Of a DNA stretch of 64,000 nucleotides, positions 1 through 9,816 are shown one piece after another. Under the pieces are notes generated by a model. The model saw only the letters and a list, made by a program, of their open reading frames with translations. It was not told the origin of the DNA and ran no database searches. Each line of letters starts with the position of its first letter. Within the stretch, counting starts at the first letter, position 1. A program made the translations under genes and the position numbers. The stretch comes from Candidatus Doudnabacteria bacterium. GTDB lineage: Bacteria > Patescibacteriota > Doudnabacteria > UBA920 > VMFF01. Where the stretch lies: NCBI GenBank assembly GCA_028286905.1, contig JAQBQP010000002.1, positions 309,458 to 373,457 on the forward strand. The letters run 5' to 3'.

Positions 1-157
1 AATATAAAATGTGTTGGCTAAGATTGACGCAATATTGTGGATTTTTGTGAATAAAATTATATTTCGGTAAAAACCACCAAAGAAATCCGGCGATTACGAA
101 GAATATAATATAGAACAAAAGCTTTATAAGTCTAAACATGTATTAATTATACAGAAT

Positions 158-496
158 TTAGCGCTTGTCGTCATTCCACTGGTCTCTGATTCGATTCCAA
201 CGTTGTTTTAGATCAGATACGAAATCTTCTAATTCGCTATCTTTAATCTCATGCAGTTTCTTGTATTTTTCAGCAACGTCATCAACTGTTGAGTTATACT
301 TATCTACAGTCATGTCCTTTGCGTCACGAACTCGAGTGTTGATCTCATCAGACATCTCAGAAGTCCAGTTTTTTAAATCTTCACGATTTCTTTTTCCAGA
401 CTTTGGTGCTAAAAAAATCCCTGCAATTGCGCCTAAAGCAAAACCTAAGATTCCCAAGCCCACTGCTTTGCCATGATCATCATGCCTATGTCCCAT
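158..496 (-). CDS. YtxH-domain protein (Gly-rich N-terminal anchor plus coiled coil)
   Basis: 112 aa; N-terminal GLGILGFALGAIAGIFLAPKSGK followed by a charged coiled-coil segment typical of the YtxH family; paired with a DUF948-like neighbour as in Firmicutes ytxGH. Confidence 0.6.
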   Translation of the reverse strand: MGHRHDDHGKAVGLGILGFALGAIAGIFLAPKSGKRNREDLKNWTSEMSDEINTRVRDAKDMTVDKYNSTVDDVAEKYKKLHEIKDSELEDFVSDLKQRWNRIRDQWNDDKR

Positions 497-510
497 AGTA
501 TTCCTTTCGA

Positions 511-759
511 TTATTTTCTAAACATTTTTAGAATTTTCCCCAAAACGCTAACGCCAACGTTTGCCCCCAGGTACCTACCGTAGCTTTTTCCACTTTCAAT
601 TAAGCCTTCAATTTCATCAGCAATCAGATGAAAACGATAACTGAGCATTCGAATCTGTCGATTGATGCTAATCATAATAGCAATAAATACTATTAAGAGA
701 ATAACAAACCCACCAAAAGCGATTGAACCCAATATATAAAATATGTGTTGTGCTGTCAT
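511..759 (-). CDS. DUF948/YtxG-like small membrane protein
   Basis: 82 aa, single N-terminal TM helix followed by a helical region; adjacent to the YtxH-like gene. Confidence 0.45.
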   Translation of the reverse strand: MTAQHIFYILGSIAFGGFVILLIVFIAIMISINRQIRMLSYRFHLIADEIEGLIESGKSYGRYLGANVGVSVLGKILKMFRK

Positions 760-867
760 GCAAACAGTATAGTGCTAAAGCAGTTAAAAGGGAATTGTGC
801 AATTCGCTGGATACTGATAATATATACAGGCAAATTCTAAGCAAAATGATCGCATCGCAAAGATCGT

Positions 868-942
868 TGCCCGGTAGCCAAGTGGTAAGGCATGGGACTC
901 TGAATCCCACATTCGCAGGTTCGACCCCTGCCCGGGCAGCCA
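868..942 (+). tRNA. tRNA-Gln (anticodon CTG)
   Basis: Cloverleaf folded by hand: acceptor TGCCCGG/CCGGGCA, D-stem GCC/GGC, anticodon stem TGGGA/TCCCA with loop CTCTGAA (anticodon CTG), T-stem GCAGG/CCTGC with loop TTCGACC, discriminator G and encoded CCA. Confidence 0.85.
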
Positions 943-971
943 AAATGCAAGCACAAATAAAATTTTAATAT

Positions 972-1991
972 ATGGACTCACGACATTATCCGATATCGAC
1001 AAAGCTGCAGAATACTATATTTGCTTGGTTGCTTGCTTGGCCGATCATCGCGGTTTATGCTGATGGATGGCACCACCATCATCTAGAGATGGGTATGGAC
1101 ACTCTTTTTAACCCTTTTCACCTGTTCTTGTATGCAGGCGTATTTGTTACCGGATTGTATGTAGTGGCTTTGGCATATAGAAACATTCGACGCGGCAATC
1201 CCTTTTCGCACAGTCTGCCAAAAATGTACTTGCGGGCGGCATGGGGTATTATGCTCTTTATCGTTGCTGTTGCTTGCGACATTGGCTGGCATTACTTCTT
1301 GGGATTCGAAGAGAGCGTAGATGCATTGTTAAGTCCTCCGCATCTATTGCTTGCATTCAGCGGAATGTTGGTAGTCAGCTGCTTGCTTCGCCCTATTTGG
1401 CACAAGGAAAGAGAACGACTAGTAAAGCCGATTGTTCCGGTACTAGGGTTTACATATACTTACCTAATTTTTATATTTTTTATTCAGTACTGTCATCCAT
1501 ATTATGCTCAGTGGCTTTCGAGCGGAACGCCGGTAATTGGTGGAGTATCTTATATTCAGTCGGCGGCTTTGGCCGGGGGTATCCTGCGTACATTCATATT
1601 CTGCGCAATGCTTTTCTCGACCCTAAAATTTTTCAAGTTTCCTAAGGGAAGCTTGTTCGCAATTCTTATGGCGGAAGGTGTCGGGATTGGTTTAATGGGC
1701 GGGCAGTTTCAATTCTTGATTTCTGCTGCGATAGCGGGCATTTTCACGGAAATTGTATACCACTTATTTTACGAACGGTATAATAAACATATTTACCTGC
1801 GAATCTTTGGCTTTTTAATCCCTGCGGTTTTTTATGTGCCGTACATCGTAGTTTCATCATGGCAGGATCACAGCTGGTGGAGCATCCACATGATCGCCGG
1901 ACTAGTCGTGATGAATAGTATTGTCGGATGGCTGTTAACTTACTTAATCGAGCCGCCGAAGCCTCACGATTACCCAACATTGAAGGATTAG
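972..1991 (+). CDS. polytopic membrane protein of unknown function with a His-rich N-terminal segment (DGWHHHH)
   Basis: 339 aa with around 8 hydrophobic segments; no recognisable catalytic motif. Confidence 0.5.
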   Translation: MDSRHYPISTKLQNTIFAWLLAWPIIAVYADGWHHHHLEMGMDTLFNPFHLFLYAGVFVTGLYVVALAYRNIRRGNPFSHSLPKMYLRAAWGIMLFIVAVACDIGWHYFLGFEESVDALLSPPHLLLAFSGMLVVSCLLRPIWHKERERLVKPIVPVLGFTYTYLIFIFFIQYCHPYYAQWLSSGTPVIGGVSYIQSAALAGGILRTFIFCAMLFSTLKFFKFPKGSLFAILMAEGVGIGLMGGQFQFLISAAIAGIFTEIVYHLFYERYNKHIYLRIFGFLIPAVFYVPYIVVSSWQDHSWWSIHMIAGLVVMNSIVGWLLTYLIEPPKPHDYPTLKD

Positions 1992-2027
1992 CAAGATAGA
2001 TGGTATTTAAGAATTTATAAATTATTT

Positions 2028-2381
2028 ATGACTACACTAAAAATAGAGAATGGCAGTTTAGAAATTATCATTGAAGGCTTTGATAAGGTTTGGGCTTTAA
2101 AAAGTCGCATGAGTATTCCCTTGGCGCATATTCAAAGTGTTATTTATAATCCGGAAATCGCTCATGGTTGGTGGCATGGTTTAAGGCTGCCTGGTTCTAA
2201 TCTTCCAGGGGTTTTGACGGCAGGATCATTTTATCAGCACAAAGAGTGGGCATTTTGGGACGTACATAATCCTATAAATACCATCGTTATTACTTTAAAA
2301 GACGAACGTTATCAAAAACTAGTCTTAGAAGTTGAGGATCCACAAAAAACCATTGCGGAGCTAAGCCCTCTGCTATCTTAG
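2028..2381 (+). CDS. hypothetical protein (possible bacterial PH-like fold)
   Basis: 117 aa ORF, in-frame, no recognisable motif. Confidence 0.4.
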   Translation: MTTLKIENGSLEIIIEGFDKVWALKSRMSIPLAHIQSVIYNPEIAHGWWHGLRLPGSNLPGVLTAGSFYQHKEWAFWDVHNPINTIVITLKDERYQKLVLEVEDPQKTIAELSPLLS

Positions 2382-2444
2382 ATAGTTTCGCCAATCGCAA
2401 GGTTGGCTTTTATTTTGATATATTGATAAAGCACTGTAAATTTT

Positions 2445-2996
2445 ATGAAAAGATGCGTTTGGGTTTCTAAGGACCCGTTATATGAAAAATACCATGATAA
2501 AGAATGGGGTAGGTCAGTTCGAAATGATCGAAAGATTTTTGAATTTCTGGTTTTGGAAAGTGCTCAAGCCGGGTTAAGTTGGTTAACCATTTTGCGTAAA
2601 AGAGAAAATTATCGCAAAGCTTTTGCTGGTTTTGATCCCGAAAAAGTAGCTAAGTTTACCGCCAAAGACTTTAAACGTTTAATGCACGATCCAGGAATTG
2701 TTAGAAATAATCTAAAGATCAAAGCAGCAATTGGTAATGCTAAAGAATTTTTGAAAATTCAGAAAGAATTTGGAACCTTTTCAAAATATATGTGGAGTTT
2801 TGTCGGTAACAAAGTTATTAAACATAAGATTAAAAAAGCCGGGGATTACCTGACTACAAACGAAGAAGCGATTACTTTCGCAAAGGACCTTAAAAAAAGA
2901 GGTTTTAAGTTTCTAGGGCCAACCATTGTTTATGCATACATGCAAGCGGTAGGAATGGTTAACGACCACTCTGTCGGCTGCTTTTTAGCGAAGTAA
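2445..2996 (+). CDS. tag: DNA-3-methyladenine glycosylase I
   Basis: 183 aa; N-terminal C-x-W...DPLYEKYHDKEWG Tag signature and length typical of Tag. Confidence 0.85.
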   Translation: MKRCVWVSKDPLYEKYHDKEWGRSVRNDRKIFEFLVLESAQAGLSWLTILRKRENYRKAFAGFDPEKVAKFTAKDFKRLMHDPGIVRNNLKIKAAIGNAKEFLKIQKEFGTFSKYMWSFVGNKVIKHKIKKAGDYLTTNEEAITFAKDLKKRGFKFLGPTIVYAYMQAVGMVNDHSVGCFLAK

Positions 2997-3020
2997 GGAT
3001 TTATTTGATAAGCTATAAGT

Positions 3021-4277
3021 ATGCAAAAGAAATATGATTTAGCAGTAATAGGCGGCGGACCAGCAGGAATGATTGCCGCAGGCCGGGCAGCGGAGCTGGG
3101 TGCAAAAGTTATTCTGATAGAAAAGAATCCAAAACTTGGCAAGAAGCTTTTGATAACTGGCGGTGGACGCTGTAATATTACCAACGCTGAATTTGATGTT
3201 AAAAAACTAGTAGCAAAGTACGGACCAAAGGGCAAAGCACTTTTTGGTTCTTTTTCCCGTTTCGGTGTGGAAGACGCGATGGCTTTTTTTACAGAAAAGA
3301 ACCTGCCTCTAAAAGTTGAAGCAGAAAAAAGAGCTTTCCCTGTTAGCAATAAAGCTGAAGACGTTTGGAAAGTCTTGGTAGAATATTTGAAGAAAAATAA
3401 AGTAGAAATATTATACAACTCGCCAGTTAGCAAGGTGAACTTTGCTGGTAATAAAATTACATCGGTGCAAACAAAAACGGGTTTGATTAGCGCGGATAAT
3501 TTTGTCATTACAACTGGCGGCAAGTCTCGCCCGGAAACAGGTTCTACCGGCGAGGGCCTTGAATGGTTAAAGGAGATGGGCCATTCGATAGAAGAAGCAG
3601 GATCTGCTTTAGTGCCAGTAAAAATCAAAGAAGATTGGGTTAAAAACTTATCTGGTTTAAGTTTTATGAATGCAAAACTTTCCGTATTTCAGGATGGAAA
3701 AAAACAAGAGAGCAGAAGCGGCAAGCTTTTGCTGACTCATTTTGGTCTTAGTGGGCCCCTTGTTTTGAATATGAGCCAAAATATAGCAGAATTATTTAAA
3801 TATGGTCCGGTTCAATTGGAACTTGATATATGCCCTGAAATGGATTTAAGCGAGTTAGATAAAAAAACTTTAGACTCTTTGTCGAGATTACTAAACAAAA
3901 AAATAAAAAACAGTCTTGGTGAAGTCGTTCCTATTAAAATGATCGCTACTGTTTTGGAAATGACTGGCATAGATGGAGAAAAAGAAGTAAATGTTTTAAG
4001 TAGAGAAGAGCGCTTAAAAATTTTAAAACTAATCAAAGCTTTGCCGATGACAGTTAGCGGTTTCCTTGGAGTAGAAAAAGCAATTATTACTTCCGGCGGA
4101 GTATCTCTTAAAGAAGTAGACTTTAAAACCATGCAATCCAAGCTTTATGAAAATTTATACTTAGCCGGAGATATTCTGAACTTTGACCGTCCATCTGGGG
4201 GCTATAATTTACAAATTTGCTGGACCACAGGTTATATTGCCGGTCAGAATGCAGGAGTGCATAAAAACCTCGGCTAA
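3021..4277 (+). CDS. HI0933-family FAD-dependent flavoprotein (aminoacetone oxidase / BaiN-like)
   Basis: 418 aa; N-terminal YDLAVIGGGPAGMIAA dinucleotide-binding motif, TGGGRCN motif, C-terminal GYNLQ...GY motifs of the HI0933 family. Confidence 0.8.
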   Translation: MQKKYDLAVIGGGPAGMIAAGRAAELGAKVILIEKNPKLGKKLLITGGGRCNITNAEFDVKKLVAKYGPKGKALFGSFSRFGVEDAMAFFTEKNLPLKVEAEKRAFPVSNKAEDVWKVLVEYLKKNKVEILYNSPVSKVNFAGNKITSVQTKTGLISADNFVITTGGKSRPETGSTGEGLEWLKEMGHSIEEAGSALVPVKIKEDWVKNLSGLSFMNAKLSVFQDGKKQESRSGKLLLTHFGLSGPLVLNMSQNIAELFKYGPVQLELDICPEMDLSELDKKTLDSLSRLLNKKIKNSLGEVVPIKMIATVLEMTGIDGEKEVNVLSREERLKILKLIKALPMTVSGFLGVEKAIITSGGVSLKEVDFKTMQSKLYENLYLAGDILNFDRPSGGYNLQICWTTGYIAGQNAGVHKNLG

Positions 4278-4291
4278 GTTATAATAAGGGT

Positions 4292-4861
4292 ATGAAAATC
4301 AAATCAGCAGTATTCGTTAAGGGGGTTGTCGGGGAAGACGAAATTCTAGAAGATGAAGTACCTCAGGTTGCTTTTATCGGCCGTTCCAACGTAGGAAAAT
4401 CTAGCGTTATCAATTCTTTAGTTAATCGGAAAGACTTGGCAAAGTCCAGTTCTAAACCGGGAAAAACTAAAGAGATAAATATCTTTTTTATCAATAAAGC
4501 TTTTTATCTTGTAGATTTGCCAGGTTATGGTTTTGCCAAAGCTTCTTTAGAGGACCGCGATAACTTACGCAAACTAATTTATTGGTATCTTTTATATTCA
4601 AACGTCGATCACAAAAACGTTGTTTTGATTATCGATGCGAAGGTTGGTTTAACCGACTACGATAAAGAAATGCTGCGCAGGCTCGAGGATCGAGAAAAGA
4701 GAATTGTGATCGTAGCAAACAAAATAGACAAGCTTAAAAATTCTGAATATAAAAAAAGCTTGGCAGCTATCCAAGCTTTGGTAGGTGATCACAAAGTAAT
4801 TCCTTATTCTGCAGAAAAGAAAATTGGCATTGGCGAACTTACAGACGCGATGCTTAAATAG
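4292..4861 (+). CDS. engB: ribosome biogenesis GTP-binding protein YihA/YsxC
   Basis: 189 aa; G1 GRSNVGKSS, DLPGYGFA (G3), NKIDK (G4); family length. Confidence 0.85.
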   Translation: MKIKSAVFVKGVVGEDEILEDEVPQVAFIGRSNVGKSSVINSLVNRKDLAKSSSKPGKTKEINIFFINKAFYLVDLPGYGFAKASLEDRDNLRKLIYWYLLYSNVDHKNVVLIIDAKVGLTDYDKEMLRRLEDREKRIVIVANKIDKLKNSEYKKSLAAIQALVGDHKVIPYSAEKKIGIGELTDAMLK

Positions 4862-5177
4862 TATCAGCCCAATTTCCTAGCTGAGTTATAATCGATTTTA
4901 AGCTAGCGCCTTTATTGGTTAAAGCATACTCCACCTGTCTGGAATCGGGGTGGAGTGTTCTTGTAATTAGCTTGCTGTCGACCATTTCTTTTAAGCGCGC
5001 AGATAAAGCTCGTGGGTTGATGTCTTGAATGCCTTTAAGTAGTTCGTTGAAACCCCGCTTGTCGCTGCAAAGTTGGTGCAAAATTAAAATCGTCCATTTG
5101 CTGCCAATTAAATCGACCGCTTTATGAACTGAGCATAGTGGTTTTTGCAATTTGCTTTTGGATTTAAGTGCTTTCAT
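4854..5177 (-). CDS. HxlR-family winged-helix transcriptional regulator
   Basis: 107 aa; C-x...H...GxKWTxLIL HxlR signature, RFNEL, LSxRLKEM motifs. Confidence 0.8.
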   Translation of the reverse strand: MKALKSKSKLQKPLCSVHKAVDLIGSKWTILILHQLCSDKRGFNELLKGIQDINPRALSARLKEMVDSKLITRTLHPDSRQVEYALTNKGASLKSIITQLGNWADTI

Positions 5178-5240
5178 ATATTTTAACTATTGACACTATA
5201 CAAAGTATAGTAGATACTAAAAATATAGTCAAAGAAATTA

Positions 5241-5618
5241 ATGAAAGGTAAAAATTTAATGGAAACTCAAGAATTAGTAAAGAAACTGATCGAATATGTA
5301 AAGGCTGGCGAGAATGTTAAAGCGGAGCAAGAGCTTTACGCACCGGATGTGGTTTCCTTTGAACAAAATGGATATTCCGCGACTGGTTTGGATGCGGTAA
5401 TAGAAAAAACCAAGGGCGCAATGAATCACTTTGACGCAGTACATGGCGGCGGTGTTACCGAAGCTTATGTTGGCAAAGATAGTTTCTTGTTAATATTTGA
5501 TATGGATGTAACCCCAAAAGGTGGTGCTCGGATGCAAATGAGAGAATACGGCTTTTATAAAGTAAAAGACGGTAAGGTTATTGAGGAACATTTCTACGCA
5601 GATAAATTAGCACTATAA
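5241..5618 (+). CDS. NTF2-like / SnoaL-like small protein
   Basis: 125 aa; size and alpha+beta pattern consistent with the SnoaL/ester-cyclase fold; downstream of and divergent from the HxlR regulator. Confidence 0.45.
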   Translation: MKGKNLMETQELVKKLIEYVKAGENVKAEQELYAPDVVSFEQNGYSATGLDAVIEKTKGAMNHFDAVHGGGVTEAYVGKDSFLLIFDMDVTPKGGARMQMREYGFYKVKDGKVIEEHFYADKLAL

Positions 5619-5623
5619 ATAAA

Positions 5624-6190
5624 ATGAAAACAGCAATTATTCTCGGCAGTGTTCGAAAAGTTCGTCTTGGTGAACGCGTTGCCAAGTGGGTTTTAGAATC
5701 TGCGCGAGCAAAAAATATAGATATCGAATTGCTGGATCTGAAAGAATATCCGCTGCCGTTCTTTGATGAGCCAGAAAGTCCGATCATGTCAAAAGGTAAC
5801 TTTATTAATCCAGCTGCAATGCAATGGGGCGCCAAGCTTAGTGAGTTTGATGCATTTATTTTTGTTGCGCCAGAATACAATTACAGTTACTCAGGAGTTC
5901 TGAAAAACGCTTTAGATTATGTCTACGCTCAATTTAAAGAAAAGCCAGCTGCTATTATTAGTTATTCAGGCGGTCCTTATGCTGGCGTTAGAATGACACA
6001 GCTGTTGCGAAATCTTTTGACCGCTCAAGGTGCTGTAACACTTCAAGAAATTATTAATATTGCCAAAGCTCAAGAAGCTATTAACGAAGATGGTACGTTA
6101 GTAAATGAGCATTTTAAGGAAGCTTTGGATAAGCAGTTAAATTCTTTAAATAGCTGGCACGAAGTGCTTAAATTAAAACGCGCAAAGTAG
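5624..6190 (+). CDS. NAD(P)H-dependent FMN reductase (flavodoxin-like fold)
   Basis: 188 aa; MKTAIILGSVRK..., FVAPEYNYSYSGVLKNALDY motif typical of NADPH-dependent FMN reductases. Confidence 0.8.
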   Translation: MKTAIILGSVRKVRLGERVAKWVLESARAKNIDIELLDLKEYPLPFFDEPESPIMSKGNFINPAAMQWGAKLSEFDAFIFVAPEYNYSYSGVLKNALDYVYAQFKEKPAAIISYSGGPYAGVRMTQLLRNLLTAQGAVTLQEIINIAKAQEAINEDGTLVNEHFKEALDKQLNSLNSWHEVLKLKRAK

Positions 6191-6206
6191 CTAGAACGTT
6201 GAACAC

Positions 6207-6243
6207 AAAAAAATCCCGACCGCTTTGGTCGGGATTTTTAATT
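6207..6243. terminator. bidirectional Rho-independent terminator between the convergent FMN-reductase and helicase genes
   Basis: AAAAAAATCCCGACC-gcttt-GGTCGGGATTTTTAA: perfect GC-rich stem flanked by an A-run and a T-run. Confidence 0.8.
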
Positions 6244-6249
6244 TTGAAT

Positions 6250-7758
6250 TTATTCTGGCTTGATTTTAGCCCAGTACATTTTCTTTGCACGTTCTTGATC
6301 GGTTTGGCGCTTACCACGGCCGAAGCCTGGTTTACTGCCGAATGCAGGCTTGCTAGAGCCAGATCTGGATCCGTAGCTAGGCTTGCTGCCGAAACTTGGC
6401 TTATCGCCAAATCCTGGTTTGCTGCCAAACTGTTTATTACCAAAACTAGGTTTTGAGCCGTAGCTTGGTTTAGAACCAAAGGCTGGCTTGTCGCCAAAAG
6501 ATCTTCGTGGACCGCGGTCGTTTCTACGACCTTCTCCACCGCCACCAAAACCTCTGCCGCCGGCACCGCGCTGTACGGGTTGGGTAAAGGCTTGTGCAGG
6601 ATCGCGCTTTGGTAAATCTTTAACAGGGGATATAGTTAGAGATTTTTTTATTAAGCGTTCAATATCTTTAATGTCTCTTTGCTGGTCAGGAGTTGCAAAA
6701 GAAATTGCATGGCCGCTATGGCCTGCTCTACCTGTTCTACCGATACGGTGAACGTAGTCAGAAGCATTTTCAGGTAAGTCGTAGTTAAGAACTAATTCGA
6801 TGCCAACTACATCAATACCGCGAGCGGCAATGTCAGTAGCAATAAGAACTCTATACTTACCAAGCTTGAAACCATTTAAGGCTTCTAGTCTTTGGCTCAA
6901 AGATCTATTTGAATGAATTTCGGCTGCTAGTACGCCGATTGTTTTTAAATTCTGAGTAATTTTCTTCGCACCAAACTTTGTACGGACGAAAACTAAAATG
7001 CTGCCTTTGTAATCAGCGATAATCTTTTGTAACAACTGTGGTTTATCTTCCCGGTGTACAAAGAAAATCTCTTGAGTAACCTTAGCCGCAGTAGAACCTT
7101 GTGGTGCTACTTCGACGCGGATTGGCATTTGCAAATAGGCACTGGCAATCTTAACGATTTCAGGTTCCATAGTTGCTGAGAACAACATTGTTTGTCGTTC
7201 TTTTGGTAAATGCACAACAATCTTTCTAAGCTGAGGTGCAAATCCCATGTCTAACATTCTGTCCGCTTCATCTAAAACTAAAACGCTGACAGTGTCTAAT
7301 TTTACTGTTTTAGATTCAACGTGATCAATCAATCTACCAGGAGTAGCGATGATGACGTGCGGTTGGAATTTTAAATCTCTAATTTGACGGTGCATTGATT
7401 CGCCACCGATAAGCACAGCAGTTTTTAAACCAAGCGGTCTGCCAAGTTTTTGCAAAGCTTCATTTACCTGTACTGCTAATTCACGAGTTGGCAATACAAC
7501 TAAACCTTTGCCTTTAGTTGCAACTAATCGCTGAAGCATTGGAATACCAAAAGCTAAGGTCTTTCCAGTTCCGGTTTGGGCGATGCCCATGATGTCTTTT
7601 CCAGTGATAGCAATCGGAATTGACTGCTTTTGGATCGGTGTTGGGCTTTTAAAGCCTTGTTTATCTAAAATTTCTAAAAGCTTTGGCGCAATGCCTAAGC
7701 CATCGAAATTATCTGTGGAGCTAACCGTAGGGCTAGCAATCTCTTCTATGATATCCAT
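6250..7758 (-). CDS. DEAD-box ATP-dependent RNA helicase with a C-terminal FG/KP-repeat tail
   Basis: 502 aa; Q motif, AQTGTGKT, PTRELA, DEAD, SAT, HRIGRTGR motifs; C-terminal (F/Y)GSKPS repeats. Confidence 0.9.
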   Translation of the reverse strand: MDIIEEIASPTVSSTDNFDGLGIAPKLLEILDKQGFKSPTPIQKQSIPIAITGKDIMGIAQTGTGKTLAFGIPMLQRLVATKGKGLVVLPTRELAVQVNEALQKLGRPLGLKTAVLIGGESMHRQIRDLKFQPHVIIATPGRLIDHVESKTVKLDTVSVLVLDEADRMLDMGFAPQLRKIVVHLPKERQTMLFSATMEPEIVKIASAYLQMPIRVEVAPQGSTAAKVTQEIFFVHREDKPQLLQKIIADYKGSILVFVRTKFGAKKITQNLKTIGVLAAEIHSNRSLSQRLEALNGFKLGKYRVLIATDIAARGIDVVGIELVLNYDLPENASDYVHRIGRTGRAGHSGHAISFATPDQQRDIKDIERLIKKSLTISPVKDLPKRDPAQAFTQPVQRGAGGRGFGGGGEGRRNDRGPRRSFGDKPAFGSKPSYGSKPSFGNKQFGSKPGFGDKPSFGSKPSYGSRSGSSKPAFGSKPGFGRGKRQTDQERAKKMYWAKIKPE

Positions 7759-8022
7759 ATTTAACTAAAAATCCTGACCCGCGTCTTTGGGCCAGAATTT
7801 AGAATACGGCAGCAAAAGAAACAAGTCCTTAATGTATTTATTCCTTAATTAAATCACACTTTGAATATTTTGTCAACACTACACCCGCGAAACAAGAGAT
7901 TACTCAATATTATCTGAAGCAAAATTTGAGCCTATTCATACGGACATGTTCTTTAGCATATAGATAAGGCCGGCTTTGGCAATTAAATCGCTTAATTGGC
8001 CAGATTTAGCTAATATATAGGT

Positions 8023-8625
8023 ATGCAATTGACTACTACAGACAAAAAGCGAATAAACCAGTTTTATGGCCGTAAATTAAAAAAATTTGGACTAAAAGAC
8101 GCCCAAAGCGTGGATTGGGAAAGTAATAAAGACCAAAAGACCCGTTTTGAGATTTTATCAAAAATTGGTGATTTGAACGGTAAGAAAGTCTTAGACTTTG
8201 GCTCTGGTTTGGGCGGATTGTATGGATATCTAAGTAAAAGGTTTAAAAATATCAGCTACACTGGTATTGATGTAGTCTCTGTTTTTGTTGAGCAGTCTGC
8301 AAAGAAATATCCCAAAGCAAAGTTCGAATGCATTGAACTAAACGCAATAAAGGATAAATTTGATTACGCTTTTGCTGCGGGTTCTTTAACTTTCGATGTT
8401 GCAGGCGGCAAGAAGTATTATTTTAATCAGATTAAAGCAATGTATAAGCTGGCAAAAAAAGGCGTTGGCTTTAATATGCTGAACAAAGATTTTTTCGGTG
8501 AACATAAGGGTTATATAACTTACGATCCTTTAGAGGTTTTAGATTTTTGCAAAACTTTTGCAAAGCATGTTCAAATAATTTTTAACTATGTCGAAGGCGA
8601 GTTTACTGTTTATTTAAAAAAATAA
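8023..8625 (+). CDS. class I SAM-dependent methyltransferase
   Basis: 200 aa; VLDFGSGLGG motif I and downstream acidic motif II. Confidence 0.75.
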   Translation: MQLTTTDKKRINQFYGRKLKKFGLKDAQSVDWESNKDQKTRFEILSKIGDLNGKKVLDFGSGLGGLYGYLSKRFKNISYTGIDVVSVFVEQSAKKYPKAKFECIELNAIKDKFDYAFAAGSLTFDVAGGKKYYFNQIKAMYKLAKKGVGFNMLNKDFFGEHKGYITYDPLEVLDFCKTFAKHVQIIFNYVEGEFTVYLKK

Positions 8626-8637
8626 AATACTAGAAAT

Positions 8638-9273
8638 ATGTCAGATAATCAAACGATAATTTATATAGTTCGACACGGTCAAACTCAAATGAATACTGAA
8701 AACCGCTTACAGGGACGTGTGGATTCGCCACTGACTGAACTTGGAATCAAACAGGCGCAGGCCTTAGGTGAGAAGTTTAAAGAAATCGGATTTGATGCAA
8801 TTTATTCTTCGCCAGCGGGACGTGCTCGGGATACTGCTAAGCATTTAAAATTGGAGCGAGCTTTGGATGTCATGGTTGTAGATGATCTAGCTGAGAGATC
8901 CTTTGGCAGCAGCGAAGGTATTACTATGGAAGAATCGATGGTGTTATACAAAGATAAGCATGAGGAATACAGAGTTTTGAATACTGAGGAGCGAACAAAG
9001 TTTAAGTTTACTGAAGATAGCGAAAACGACATCGAGGTGGCGGAACGTTTTTTAAAAGCCTTGAAAACAATTGCCGAAGCAAATTATGGAAAAACACTGC
9101 TGATAGTTAGTCACGGCGGAACTTTAAGATCTGTGTTAGCAAGATTCGATCGAAATTATTATAATCGCCAAATGTACCAGATTAATAACACCGCTTGGGC
9201 AAAAATTAGTTACGACGGAGATAATTTTAAACTGTTAGAAATAGATGGAGTTGAAAAGAAAAATGATAATTAA
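8638..9273 (+). CDS. histidine phosphatase family protein (phosphoglycerate mutase-like)
   Basis: 211 aa; IYIVRHGQTQMN RHG motif, second His in VSHGGTLR. Confidence 0.8.
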   Translation: MSDNQTIIYIVRHGQTQMNTENRLQGRVDSPLTELGIKQAQALGEKFKEIGFDAIYSSPAGRARDTAKHLKLERALDVMVVDDLAERSFGSSEGITMEESMVLYKDKHEEYRVLNTEERTKFKFTEDSENDIEVAERFLKALKTIAEANYGKTLLIVSHGGTLRSVLARFDRNYYNRQMYQINNTAWAKISYDGDNFKLLEIDGVEKKNDN

Positions 9274-9814
9274 AAAAACAACTCAAGTAGGGAATCCGGT
9301 AATAAGATTAAAATCTAAACTGGTAAAAAATATTCAATCATCTGAAGTCAAGCGAGTTGTAAGAGATCTAACCGATTCGATGCGCCACCATAGTCTAATT
9401 GGCATGGCTGCGCCACAAATTGGCATTGGTTTAAGAATTTTCGTAACTGAAATTCGTCCAACTAATTTAAGAATCACGGTTGAAAAATCTGACGCGTTAA
9501 AAGTTTTTATAAACCCGAAAATCACATATTTTTCAAAGAAGATTTTTGGCGGTAAGAAAGTTAAAGGAGGCTTTGAAGGCTGTGGCAGCGTTGATGACGG
9601 GGGCATATTTGCTTCAGTGCCGCGCTCTACTTCTGTAATTGTGGAAGCCTATGATCTGGACGGCAAAAAGTTTATTTTGAAAGCAGAAGGTTTATTAGCC
9701 CGCGTCATTCAACACGAATATGACCATATCAACGGGATTATATTCTTAGATCGAGTTATAGATACTAAAACAATTTTTGAAAGAGAAGAATATCTTAAAT
9801 ACATAAAATCATAA
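9263..9814 (+). CDS. def: peptide deformylase (copy 1)
   Basis: GMAAPQIG, EGCGSV and QHEYDHINGI motifs (the three PDF motifs); start placed at MIIKK (the ORF track begins 18 nt upstream, overlapping the previous gene). Confidence 0.8.
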   Translation: MIIKKTTQVGNPVIRLKSKLVKNIQSSEVKRVVRDLTDSMRHHSLIGMAAPQIGIGLRIFVTEIRPTNLRITVEKSDALKVFINPKITYFSKKIFGGKKVKGGFEGCGSVDDGGIFASVPRSTSVIVEAYDLDGKKFILKAEGLLARVIQHEYDHINGIIFLDRVIDTKTIFEREEYLKYIKS

Positions 9815-9816
9815 AG

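Noticed and set aside
165-476. 103-aa ORF on the + strand antisense to the YtxH-like gene
   Set aside because: Fully embedded antisense to a better-supported gene; low-complexity translation; no RBS.
2930-3628. 232-aa ORF on the - strand covering the start of the HI0933-family flavoprotein gene
   Set aside because: Antisense to a gene with unmistakable FAD-binding motifs; the translation is Pro/Ser/Phe-rich noise.
6488-6751. Pro-rich 87-aa ORF on the + strand
   Set aside because: Antisense reading of the helicase Gly-rich repeat region; an artefact of repeat composition.
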